Shown in pieces: positions 34,159 to 46,329 of a stretch of DNA of 64,000 bases. The notes below the pieces were generated by a model. That model saw only the letters and a list, made by a program, of their open reading frames with translations, was not told the origin of the DNA and did no database searches. Positions within the stretch are counted from its first letter, which is position 1, and each line of letters opens with the position of its first letter. Origin of the DNA: the human T2T-CHM13v2.0 reference genome, Homo sapiens; the NCBI RefSeq assembly GCF_009914755.1, contig NC_060938.1; one strand, written 5' to 3'. The position numbers and the translations under genes are program-made.

Positions 34159-35078
34159 CAGTGGATTCTCCATATTTCATATTTGTTGAGTTCTTCATCT
34201 GCGAATTCAACCCAACAGGGATTGAAAATATACCAGAAAAAGAGGAAAAAAGGAATAATTGAGTCTGTATCAAACATACATAGAGCTTTGTTCTTGTTAT
34301 TACTCCCTAAACAATACAGTGTAACTACATACATTGCATTTACATTGCATTAGGTACCATAAGTAATCTAGAGATTATTTAAAGTATAAGGAAGGATTGT
34401 GCAGGTTATGTGCAAATACTAGACTTCTTAATATAGGGGACTAACAAGCAAAATGAGTGTTTGAGGCATAAATCTTAAATTGTAGAAGTTTATTGAGCCA
34501 GCTTGAGGGTGTGACCAAGAAAAACGTGTCACAGAAGCATCTGTGGCTGTTTTTCCCAAAGAAGTTTTCAGGAGATTAAGTATTTATACCTATTTCTTAC
34601 AAGTACTGGGAGAGGCAGCAGTGACACAAAGGTTACATACTTGTGAGAGACTTTAATTAGTCCCCAGTAAATCTACATTTTATATAACATAAGGTGAACA
34701 TTTGAAGAAAAAGGCAAAAGAGGAAGCGACTTCTCAGAGAGAAGTGAGGGAAAGATGAATTTCAACTTGTCTTTGTTCTGTATATGGGAAGATAAGCAAG
34801 TAGTCTTTTGAAAGGGCTGGTTTCTGTTTAGCCCATAGGGAAGAAAGCCTGAAGGTTTTTGGGGTAAAAGATGTATAATGAGGCATGTACCATCTTCTAT
34901 CCCTTTAAGGCCTTGAATTCAGCTTCCAAGATGTCTCTTGGGTTCCCTTGGCCAAGGGAGGGTTCATTCAGTCAGTTGGGGACTTAGAATTTTATTTTTA
35001 TTTCTCAGGACTTAAGCATCTGAGGATTTTGGTATTTGCAGGGGGGTCCTGGAACAACACCATGAATACTGAGGGGTG
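34159..35078. mobile_element. MER2 (Tigger/TcMar) DNA transposon split by an LTR
   Basis: tccctaaacaatacagt, aagtaatctagagat, gggac|ttaagcatctgaggattttggtat...gtcctggaac rejoined across the LTR. Confidence 0.85.
34442..35007 (-). mobile_element. MER4-group ERV1 solo LTR (subfamily not determined)
   Basis: cattcagtcagttggggacttagaattttattttt terminus; tttatt poly(A) signal on minus strand; 4-bp TSD GGAC (34438-34441 and 35008-35011). Confidence 0.75.
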
Positions 35079-35116
35079 TGTGTGTGTCTGTGTGTGTGTG
35101 AGAGAGAGAGAGAGAG
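35076..35116. repeat. Compound (TG)n(AG)n microsatellite
   Basis: Directly visible. Confidence 0.9.
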
Positions 35117-35149
35117 ATTGCATGCAACATAGGCTAGAAAGCAACAACC

Positions 35150-35335
35150 CTATCACTTATTGAGCACTTACTCTGTGTGATTCTGAGAGATTTAAAATTT
35201 AAATAATTCAATAATATCAACACACTAATACTATTGTTAGTCTCTGTTTATAAATAGAGAAACTGAGACATAGGGCAGTTAATCAATAGGTCAAGTACGG
35301 GGGTTGCATTACATGCTATCTGGCTTCCAGCATTT
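35150..35335 (-). mobile_element. MIR SINE
   Basis: cacttattgagcacttactctgtg...tttataaatagagaaactgagacatagggcagttaa. Confidence 0.65.
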
Positions 35336-36294
35336 GTGGTCCTAGATGTTATTCTTTATTGATTTTCATGGAAAAATTTGAACTTTGAACCCACAAAATG
35401 ATATCAGAAGGAATAAGAAAAATGCTCTCTCTCTCTGGTTTTCAGCAGCTTCATCAGCATTCTTTTTACAAACATGGCAGACAAAGATTGTGCATCTCTA
35501 AATTAGTGTTTTGAAAAGAATTAGTAAATATTGTTAAAGAAATGTTGTGGCCACATGCTCTTGATTTTCCCTTTTAAAAAGGCATTCAGCAACCTACAAT
35601 TGAGGAATAATTTCAGAACATAAAGAAGGACAATTGAGTTTCCCGGCTTTTATCCCAAATGGCTGCTTAAGAAACCTCTTTCTGTCACACTTGCCCAACT
35701 TTAAGCAATGGAAAATAAATTTTTATTATAGATAAAATAGAGGCTTTTAAATTACTTTTGATCATCTGAAGGGCTTATAGACATGATTAGAGAAATTAGA
35801 GAATTCCAAAAGGTATTTCTAATGCTTAAATTACAAGAATAAACCTTTCCTGAGGGTCATTTTCTGGACAATTCAACACTGTGCTTTTGTGAAGAGTTAA
35901 ACTCTCCATGACTCTTATCCTTTAACTACTGAAATTTTAAGAGACTTGATTATCAAGCCAGTGTGATTTTTACTATTATATGCCTCACAAACAAATGTAA
36001 GCCTTTAAAGGATTTTAGATTTTTTCTACAATTAATAATATTTCAGATAACTTACCAATAAAGAATATTTCCACTTACGAAATATTTAAAATAGAAATAA
36101 AATATTTTAAGGCATTTGTTACATGATAAGCCATTTTTGTCATTGAATATTGTTTTGAATTTTTGAAATATTTACTTAACTTGTAAAGTGCCCTTTGTTT
36201 TCTGAACTTTTTATATATGCAGACTGAATGATTTTTTTTTTATATCAGAGGGTGCAATTTAAGAATTTGTAGCCTAAAATTTATGCGAATATCA

Positions 36295-37190
36295 TTAACC
36301 AATCTCTTCCCATTACCCCCACCCTCAGCCTCTGGTATCCACTATTCTACTCTACTACTGTGAGATTCACTTTTTTAGATTCCATATTTGAGTGAGATCA
36401 CGTGGTATTTGTGCTTCTTTGCTTGGCTTATTAACATAGTATGCCCTAGGTTCCTCATGTTGTTAGAAATGATATAATTTTCTTTTTTTATCGCTGAAAG
36501 TACTCTATAGTGTATATATACTACATTTTTAATAGATTCATGAGTTGATGGACACAAGTTGATTCTGTTAATTGCCTGTTGTGAATAGTGCTGCAATAAA
36601 CATGGCAGTGTGGATTTCTCTTTGACGTACTGATTTCATTTTCTTTGGATATATACCCAGTAGTAGGATTGCAGGATCATATGGTAGTTATATTTTTTAT
36701 TTTTTTGAAGAACCTCAATACTATAGATAATAATGGCTGTACTATACATTCCCACCAACATTGTGAGTTCTCCTTTCTATACATTCTCACCACCATTTGT
36801 TATTTTTTCTCTTTTTGATAATAGTCATTCCTAGCTAGAGTGTGGTGATAGCTCATTTTGGTTTTGATTTGCATTTTCTTGATGATTATGGATAAATAGG
36901 AGAAAAATTCTGTCATTCTAGTGCACAAAAGATGACTACAGTCTCTAGTGCACAAAAGATGACTACAATCAACAATATTGTATTGTATAATTCAAAATAG
37001 CTGAAGAGAGGATTTTTAGTGTTCTCATCACCAAGAAATCACAAGTGTTTTAGGTGCTGAATATGCTAATGACCAATTCAATTATTATAAAACATATATA
37101 TGTATTGAAAATTCACATTGTACCCCATAAAAAGGTACAGTTGTTACATACCAATTAAAAACAAAATAAAACTTAAAAAACTAATAAAAA
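36295..37190. mobile_element. 5'-inverted L1MA (antisense to about 36888, sense 3' end after it)
   Basis: Antisense 3'UTR/ORF2 end, then sense tcaaaatagctgaagagagg...cacattgtaccccataa and A-rich tail; short tandem duplication at about 36918-36970. Confidence 0.8.
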
Positions 37191-37619
37191 TAATGACACT
37201 AGTGTACCAGTTTTATCACCTAAATGCCGCAGGAATAAATAGATCATTTACTAAGATTACTGGGCTTTTTGTTGGCTTCTTTGTTCATTTTTAATCTGCA
37301 AATATAAAAGATTGTGTTACATAATTCTTTAGGTTGAAACATGAAATGATGAAAGAAGACTTCAACTTCCAGGAGAGATTTATTAGCTAGTGGATACTCA
37401 GTGCTCCCACCAAAACCACTAGAAAAAAATGTATTTAAAACAAATAAATCAACTAGTTCAAGGAAATAGAGAGCTGAAAAGGCAAAGAGACCTTGACGAA
37501 GTAAGACTCCAGATAAGGCAACACTTAGTGAGGTGAACTGACTTTTAAAGACTTTATCCTTGGATGCATTTCATAATTCTGGGCATGTTTTAGGCAGAAT
37601 AACAGTATTTAAATCCTGT

Positions 37620-38032
37620 AAAAAGGAATTCAGTTTGCAGATGCAAATAAGGTTGGTAATCAACTGGCCTGAGATAGGGTGGGCACAATCTTTTCACCTG
37701 AGTCTTAAAAGCAGACAGCCTATCTTAGATATAGTCACAAGGGACGGGAAAATGCAAGGAGAGTCAAAAAAGGTGCGATGTTGCTGGTTCTGAAGATGCA
37801 GGACAGTACAACAAGTTAAGGAATTCAAGTGGCTTCTCGAAGCTGGAAAAATCTTGGAATTGGATTATCCCCTATATTCTCCAAAAGGAAATTCAGCCCT
37901 GAGACAGCTTGAGTTTAGCCTAGTGAGATCAATGTTGCATTTCATCCTGCAGAATCAGAAGATAATGCACATGTGTTGTTTTGAGCTGCAAATTTGTGTA
38001 ATTTGTTATGGTATCAATGGAAAATTAATGCA
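37620..38032 (+). mobile_element. MLT1 (C/D/E-like) MaLR LTR, partial
   Basis: tttgcagatgcaaataagg, gctggttctgaagatg, gtggcttctcgaagctggaaaa, tgtgttgttttgagc...aatttgttatgg. Confidence 0.75.
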
Positions 38033-38369
38033 TTGCACAAGCAAGAGTGAGGAAATTCACATTGTGCCATGGGGGCTGTTGCTGTGTAACAGACTAGCAG
38101 AAATGTTGACAGAGACTGGGCCTGTGTCAAGCATATGTTTGTTTAGTCCTCAGAGAATGGAGGAAATTGGACACCAAATATTTTATCAAAAAGTTTTTGA
38201 AAAACAAAGAGCAACAGCACTCTTGCCAGAAAAGGAAATAAATGAGTTTTTCAGTTGACAAGCCTGAAGGATAAGGGGTGAAGCTGAGGTAGACCCAGCC
38301 TTACCTGGACTGACACCCAGGCTCAAAACAGTGCAGTCCCTATGTGCACTGAGATAAACTGCTGGCACT

Positions 38370-39410
38370 TCATCTCTCTTCTCCTCTCAAATCAATTACA
38401 TGAATGTTAGAGATTTCAACTTTATTATTTCCTGTATTTTTAAATTACCTTTTTTCCCTGCAGTTATGTTTATATATTGTCTCTTAACCTGCCTTCCAAT
38501 TTTCTAATCATGCTTTCTTCTCTTTCAGTTCTGCTAAAATGTCTATCTAATGATGTTACTTTCAGGCATTATATTTTACTTTCTAAATGTAAACACGTGG
38601 GATTCTTCTATACATTTCAATTTTCAGTGAGATACTCCATGTTCTTATCTATTTTATTCACCTTATCTTGTGTTTTATGTATTATATTGTTAAGAATTAT
38701 TTAAAGTTCTATGTCAGTTATCTCTGTTATCTGAATAACAGTGTTTCTGCTTTCATGGGCTATGTTCTCTCCTCTAGATTCTTTAACATGTGGTTTTGCC
38801 TTCTGGCATGTCTATTGAAAAATGAGACTCCAGATAATGTTTTCTTCCTTCAGAAAGGGGACGATTTACCCTTCCTTCTGCTAGAATGGGAGAGATAAAT
38901 TACAGGTAGGAAGGCATAAGAGCATCAAAAAGCTAAATATTAGATAAATATAATAAATGTTGGGCAAACATTAACTGTATAAAACAATAATAGTAATGAG
39001 TAATAGGGTTTAAAATATAAGTCTAACTGAAATTCATGAATAGAATAATGTAGAAAAAGAGAGGGAAATAAATGACTTTAAAATATAAACCTTTTGCAAT
39101 ATCAAGGAAATCATAACAGCAATATTTTGTAATAGATTGAAATAAGTCAAGGTTACATTTTTGATCTCTAGAGTACTTAGTAGAAAACAGAAAGAATGCT
39201 TCATTAACAAGTAATAGAGAAAAAATGGGCTAACAAAACAATATTGAAGTAATACAAATAAAGATCAGAAAAAAGGAACATAGAAGTATTTCATATAGAA
39301 AACAAATAGGAATATATATATATAATCAGATAGTTCAATAATTATGTTAAACATAAATGAGCTAAATAATCCAGTGGAAAGACTAAATTTTTCAGACTCA
39401 GTAAATGATG
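38370..39410. mobile_element. Ancient L1M fragments (both orientations)
   Basis: Degenerate similarity only (aacataaatgagctaaataatccag...aaagac resembles an ORF2 start). Confidence 0.4.
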
Positions 39411-40028
39411 ACAAACAGATATTTGGGCCTTCAACCATGGCATATTAATAGATTCACCATTTTATCTACTTCTCTATATGTATATGTGCTCATAAATTGC
39501 AAATCATTATAGTTCTTGGAGAACATTTACACAGTATATTTCTCACATGCAATTATGTATTTTCTATGATTATATTTAATTGATTTTTTTCACACTATTA
39601 TTTATAAATTGCAGCAATTATTGTCTAATAAGAAAATGAGATATGTATGACCTAACAAAACTGGGTTCAGTATAAGGTAATTTATACTTAAAGATGTAAA
39701 GTAATTACCAATTTCTTAGACAATAGTGATGTGCCAAAACTTAAAGATTTCATTTTTTAAAAATATATCATCCATTTATTGACAATCACTTAAAAACACT
39801 GTTCAGCTGATAATGATGAAATTGTTCTATATTTGCTCAATCAAATACATAGCAGCAAGATTCTATTTGTTTTGAACTGTGCACCAATTGCTTTTAGCCA
39901 CTATCAGGAACTTGCCTATAGAGATTATTACTGTGATGCTCTAAGCATGGACATTTTTTTATTTTACTAATTTCTTCTACATTTGGTAATTGGAATTATT
40001 CTGCAAAAAAGAGTTGCCCCTTCTCCTC

Positions 40029-40165
40029 ATTCATAATGCATCAGAATGAGTTAAAAATACTCATTTCACTTATTAAGCTATGATCCAATATTATGATTCA
40101 TAATGCATCAGAATGAATTTAAAATACTCATTTCACTCATTAAGCTATAATCCAATATTATGATT
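40029..40165. repeat. 67-bp tandem duplication
   Basis: attcataatgcatcagaatga...atccaatattatg occurs twice (starts 40029 and 40096) with a few mismatches. Confidence 0.92.
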
Positions 40166-40216
40166 ATTTACTTTGCTACACAAATTGTTCTAGGATTGAC
40201 CATTTAGAACTTCAGA

Positions 40217-41545
40217 TGTCACAGGATCCTTGGGGTGTTGCTTCATCAGCCAGAAACTTCTATGGCTGGTGGCACCTTCTGCCTGAGTATTGCTTGCACC
40301 CACTGGGCTCATTCCACCCACTCAGCCTGGAAGGTTGCACTTGGCAGGTGCTACCAGCCCAGATATCACACCTGCCAAGGGCGAGCCAGCTGTGGAGTGG
40401 TGAGGGGTGTGTGGGTGAGCACACACAGGGCCTGGCCACTGCACAAAACCAGGCATCCTGGCTGCTGCAGTAGGGAGGGCAGCCCCAGTTTCCAGCACAG
40501 GTGCCAAGTTTGTGCAAGGCTGCAGCTGAACCAGATGTACCGCATGCTACTTCTGCTGCAGGAACCCACATCTGGCTGAGGGGAATGCAGTGGCCGAAAG
40601 CTTTCAAATGCCAGAAGCCACCGGCCCCAAAGAGGGTGTCACAGCCCTGGCTTGGGGAGCCCCTTGGTCTGGACTCCCAGAAGGGCTGCAGCTCTTCTCT
40701 CCTCCTTGTCCACAACATTATGAAGGGGAGTGGGAGCAGGGGTGCGTATTTCATCTCTATGTATGTTATAGCTCTTTCAGTTCTGACGTTTGGCGGATCC
40801 AAGTTCTTGTCATGTGTCCAGGAAAAATGAGGTACTTAGACAACTGGAGGGTGAGCAGAGTGAAGAGGTGCTTTATTGAGCAAAAGTACAGCTTTCAGGA
40901 GACCCGAGCCTAGTAGCTCCTTTCTATAGGCAAGTAGCCCTGACGAGTGAGCTCTTAGCTGAGAAGAGACCCATTGTGGATAGCTCCTGTCCACATACAG
41001 GTTGTCCCAATGTCTCTGTGTGTCTGGCTGAGTCCAGGGTTTTTATGGTCTTCTGAAAGGAGGAAATGAATGCTAATTGGTCCATGGGCAGCCATGGATG
41101 GGCCTAGAAAAAGCACCATAAGTTCTCACTCTGGGCTGCAGTCTCCACCGGGAACTGACAGACTAGCCCCCATGCTTCAGGCTGTCCCTGGCTTGATGGT
41201 GGATCTTTACCAGGGACCCGCCCATTTCCACCCAGGAGCCTGTCTGCCTCCTGCCACCATCAATCATGTCATCCACAGCATCCAAGCTGTTTGTGCTGAA
41301 AGGCACCTTCAGGCCCACACCAAGCAGCCCTCAGTGCCACTTTGGCCTCCCTCCCATGCTTGTTGGAATCCAAAGTCTGAAGGGGGTCAAGGCAGCAGGG
41401 GGCTGGCCTGTTAGTGCTGCCCTGAGCACATACACGCCCAGCCACGTGGTGACAGAGCCCAGGCTTGTCCTCAAATTTGCTACAAAATCAGAGAGGGCAC
41501 CATGAGTGGAGAGAAGCCAGGCAGCAGCAGCAGGTTCTGCCATCA
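40217..41545 (-). mobile_element. MER52 (MER52A-like) ERV1 solo LTR
   Basis: Termini TGTCACAGGATCCTTGGGGTG...ctgccaTCA; 4-bp TSD CAGA (40213-40216 and 41546-41549); GC-rich. Confidence 0.85.
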
Positions 41546-41940
41546 CAGATAATTTCCTGTGTACTTTTGACATGCCTGCATTCTTTTTCTTTTTTGAGAA
41601 ATTCCTTGTTTTTTGGCAGTACCAGATGATCTAGATTTATCTTGACTTATCTCTACCCCTGCCCTAGAAGTAAGGACTTTTCAGGGAACTCTTATGTTTC
41701 TTTTACAGAAGAATATTTAGAAACCAAGATCTGGGCACCGGGTATACCAATTGCTATAATCATGATACTTCTAGACTTTCTTAACACACAGGCCTAGAAA
41801 ATTAGAATTTTTCATGTACATATACACACACATACAGACATATATAATATGTACATATGTGTGTGTGTTTGCATGTGTGTATGATTATATTGGTGCCTCC
41901 CACTTGAATCCAGAGCTAGCCTTCCCCTTTCTTATTTATA

Positions 41941-41994
41941 TTTATTTATTGAGACAATGTCTCACTCTGTTGTTCAGGCTGGAGTGCAGTGGCA
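41941..41994 (-). mobile_element. Severely 5'-truncated Alu
   Basis: gagacaatgtctcactctgttgttcaggctggagtgcagtggca flanked by ttcc..cttatttata on both sides. Confidence 0.85.
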
Positions 41995-42999
41995 TTCCTT
42001 TCCTTATTTATAATTTCACAACTTTCTTCTGTTATGCAGAAAGACCTAGGTCTCCTTACCTGCAATAATATATGTATATGTTTGTTCAGTCATGTTACAC
42101 ATATAAATTAGTTTTAAAATTACTAATCCTCACTTCTGGAAAACAAATTTAACTTTTTAAGTATAGTGCTTAGGTACATGTCTTTTTGTCCTTAGCCTTC
42201 AGAATCTTGTACAAACATTTGTGAAGTTACTTTGGTCAGCTCTTTTCTTCCCAAGGCCCATAAGGGTGGTATGTGGCTTATTTGTAATACATATAGATTT
42301 ATTTGTCTCTTTCTCCACTCAATGTTCAGTACTACAACATCTTGATTGCTTAAAAAGAATTGTGTCAATTAAAATTTACTCTTTGTGGTGTAAAGATATA
42401 TGTGTTTTGAAAAATGCATAAAGCCATACATCTACCTCTACAATTACAGAACTTTATATTTGCTTCACAGCAAGTTTTCCTCATGTTGATACTTTGTAGT
42501 CAGTTCCTGCCTCTACATTCCAAACACTGACAATTAAGGATCTCTTTATACATCCCTTTATTTTTTACCTGTTCCAGAACATCACATAAAGAAAGTAAAT
42601 ACAATTTTGTATTCTATTTGAGAGTTCGAGGTCTAAGTTCTTTCAAACAAATTATTTTTAATGTTCATTCATGTGTGAATTAACAGTTTGTTCTTCAGGT
42701 ATTGCTGATTAGTATTCTATTGAATTGATTTACTACAATTGTTAGTCCATTAACTAGTTGAAGGACATCTGTGTTTTTCACAGTTTTCAGTGATTAAGAA
42801 TAAAGATGTCATAAACATTTGTGTCAAAGTCTTCTTATGAACACATTTTTATTTCCCAGGGGTAGATATCTAGTAGGCATGAAATTGCTGGGTCATGTGG
42901 TAGTTGTGTTTACCTTTCTCAGAGATTGTCTAACTGTTTTGTAAAACAGCTGATCCATTTTGCATTCTCACCAAGTAAAAGAGTATTGAGTCACTCAAG

Positions 43000-43190
43000 A
43001 ATATGCTGGCCATGATAATTACTCTGGATTTTATTTTAAGTGAAATGGAGAGGCAACAATGCTTTGAAGCATGAGATTACGATGATATGATTTATATTTT
43101 GAAATGATCACTTTAGTTTTATATTAAGGGGTCAAGAGTAAAAATCTTAGTAAACTTTTCTAGAAATACAGTAAAAAGATTATGCCATAC
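43000..43190 (-). mobile_element. L2 fragment
   Basis: ggattttattttaagtgaaatggagaggca...gatatgatttatattttgaaatgatcacttt. Confidence 0.55.
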
Positions 43191-43475
43191 ACCCAAACTC
43201 ACAGAAACACACAGTCTGTCTTACACATACACACACACATACACACAAATGCACATTATCTTGTTTCAAAAATGATTCCTGGGTCTTCAAATAACGTAAA
43301 AATAGTAATTATAACTGAATGATATATTTATATTTTACAAATGTGCAGTATTATACTGTTAGGGATATGTCAAATACCTATCTATATTTATATACACACA
43401 TATATCTGTGTATGTATATATATATTTCTGTGTGTATATGTATACACACACACACCACCCACATGGACCACAGAG

Positions 43476-43809
43476 CAGCAGTCCCCAACCCCTGGGCCAC
43501 TGACCCATGCAGGCCCATTGGCCTGTTAGGAAACTGGGCCGCACAACCAGAGACGAGCAGCGGGCAACTGAAAATTACCAACTGAGCTCTGCCTCTGTTC
43601 AGATCAGTAGCAGCATTAGATTCTCACAGGAATGAGAACCCTGCTGTAAACTCCACATGTGAAGGATCTATGCTCTCCTTCTGGGAATCTAATGCCTGAT
43701 GAACTGAGATGGAGCAGTTTAATCTGGAAACCAGCCCTACCCCTACATCTATGGGAAAATTGTGTTTTAAAACACCAATCCCTGGTGCCAAAAAGGTTTG
43801 GGACCACTG
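43476..43809 (+). mobile_element. MER1B (hAT-Charlie) DNA transposon
   Basis: TIRs CAGCAGTCCCCAACC / GGTTTGGGACCACTG; 8-bp TSD CCACAGAG / CCTTAGAG. Confidence 0.9.
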
Positions 43810-44409
43810 CCTTAGAGGGTTTTTAAAAATTATTATTACAGTAATACATATGAATATCAGAGACAAGAGAGCATATATTTTAAAATCTAGAATAGTAATG
43901 CCATTTAAATTCACAAAATTAAATATATATATTTAATGCTCCCAGTGAAATCATATTAATAAATATTATACAGATATGTGCACAAAATAATTATCTAAAT
44001 TATATTTTAATGATTATTGTTGTCTTATGTACTTGGTTAAACTTGCAATATTGATGAAACATTTGATTCCAGATAACTAAACCACAGAGTTAAAACTAAG
44101 CAGATTTTTTTTAATTCCTTCCAAAAAATATTGGCAGGCCTCTTAAATGATAGTCAACAGCATGCTTGCTATTTTATATTCTATTCATGGATTTCTATTT
44201 TATGTATTCCATACAAAAAATAGTGGCTATTAGACACATGCCATCATATATTTGAAGATGAAGAACAAGTTACCTGTAATATAATTTCAGTTCCTGATAC
44301 ATTTGTAGAAACTTAAATTTTCTATTTTTCCCCAAAGATAGGTCATTTATTTATTATTTTGTTGTTTATGGCTGCTTACCAGAGTCGTGACCTACTGACT
44401 GAATCATTC

Positions 44410-44683
44410 TTTTATTGAGACAGAATCTGATTCTGTCTCCCAGGCTGGAGTCCAATGGCACAAACACAGATCACTGCAGCCTCGACCTCCCCAGCCTAAG
44501 CTATCCTCGCACCTAAGGAAGGGAGGCTAAAATGCCTGGCTAATTTTAATTTTTTTTTTTTTTTGTAGAGACAAGGTGTTTCCAGGTCACCCAGGCTGGT
44601 CTTCAACTCATGGGCTCAAGTGATCCTCCAGCCTCGGCCTCCCAAAATGCTGGCATTACAGGCATAAGCTACTACACAGACCA
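44410..44683 (-). mobile_element. AluJ SINE with internal deletion
   Basis: tcactgcagcctcgacctcc, gggctcaagtgatcctcc. Confidence 0.85.
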
Positions 44684-45091
44684 GATTTTCAAACTTTCTG
44701 TTTTATGTATGTATTTTGAAAGAAAATCATATGTAACGTATGTTTGAGCAGGTAAATCAAAACAGCTTTAAGGTTCACCAATATTGACTAATATGCAAAC
44801 ATTTATTAATCTCATCGTTTATTCTAATCGGTTTAAAAAATCTATTTTATGTTCTTTTGTCAATGCATCTTCTAATTTAAAGTAATCTCTATTGTCCTGT
44901 TTTCTAATGTTATATATTTAGCTATTATAACTACCCTGTAATATGTGGGTAGAGTGAAGTAAAGAAAAGTGGAAAATTCAGTTTAAGTATTTTTGCAAAT
45001 ATAGATTTTTTCCTTTTTGGCACAGGTAGGACTACTGACTGCAACCCAAATTTCTCTTCTTCTTCTCCTTAAATTTTTATTTATTTAATTA

Positions 45092-45495
<404 letters not shown>

Positions 45496-46329
45496 AAAAA
45501 GAGAAATGCAATAAGATAAATATTATATGTAATATTTAAATAAAATTTACATTCCTATAAGGTTGATTTGAGTGCTTCTAATTAATAATTTTATATATTT
45601 TTAAAAATACAAAACATCAATAAATAACGTTTAGTGATATTACAAAACAACCTTCACAACAATTCAACTTCTGTGTACTGATACACAAGATAGATAGCAT
45701 CTTGAAAATGACTGACAAGTTATTTTTCCTGTGTCCTCCAACCATGAATCTGTCATGTTTATTCTTGTGCAAAACAAGTGACAGCAGAAGAGAATAAATT
45801 AAATGGCCTTTAAAAAAAAAAACACATATGACAGACACCATATGGCTTTTCTCCCCATAACTGTGTTGAATATATTTAGAAAAGACTATCAAAAGAAGAA
45901 GTAAAGTGAAAATTATTTCAGAAATGGTATTACATTTTAAACAATTGTACAACAACTGTCATTTAACATTTGGTGACCCAATATAATCTAGAGCAATAAA
46001 TTATAAACCCGATATACATTAATGATAAAGAAGTGTTGGTTAATAAATTTGCATTAAGAAAAATTTACATATATTAAAAAATGGAGAGACAGAAAATATA
46101 AACCCTAGTACACCCAATGCCTAAGTTAAAAAAGTTTTTCAACTCATGAACAATCATCTATCTTCCTATCCTCCCCCAAATCTAAATTATTTTGAGTCAA
46201 GTCCAATAATTCATACCTTTATATTTTAAAAAGGTCTAGTACGTTTCCCCAAAATATAAATATTATTTTTGAAGTATGAGAATATCACTATTCTATATAA
46301 AATCAATAATGTACACTTAATGTAATTTA

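Larger units (their letters stand above)
39800..42975 (-). mobile_element. Old L1MC/MD 3' region, split by MER52 and an Alu fragment
   Basis: tatttagaaaccaagatctgggcac, ataaacatttgtgt, aattgctgggtcatgtgg, ccattttgcattctcacca. Confidence 0.6.

Noticed and set aside
37854-38258. 134-aa ORF
   Set aside because: Starts inside an MLT1 LTR with a non-ATG codon; no recognisable homology
40216-41573. Multiple 60-180-aa ORFs
   Set aside because: All lie within the GC-rich MER52 LTR; no gag, pol or env motifs
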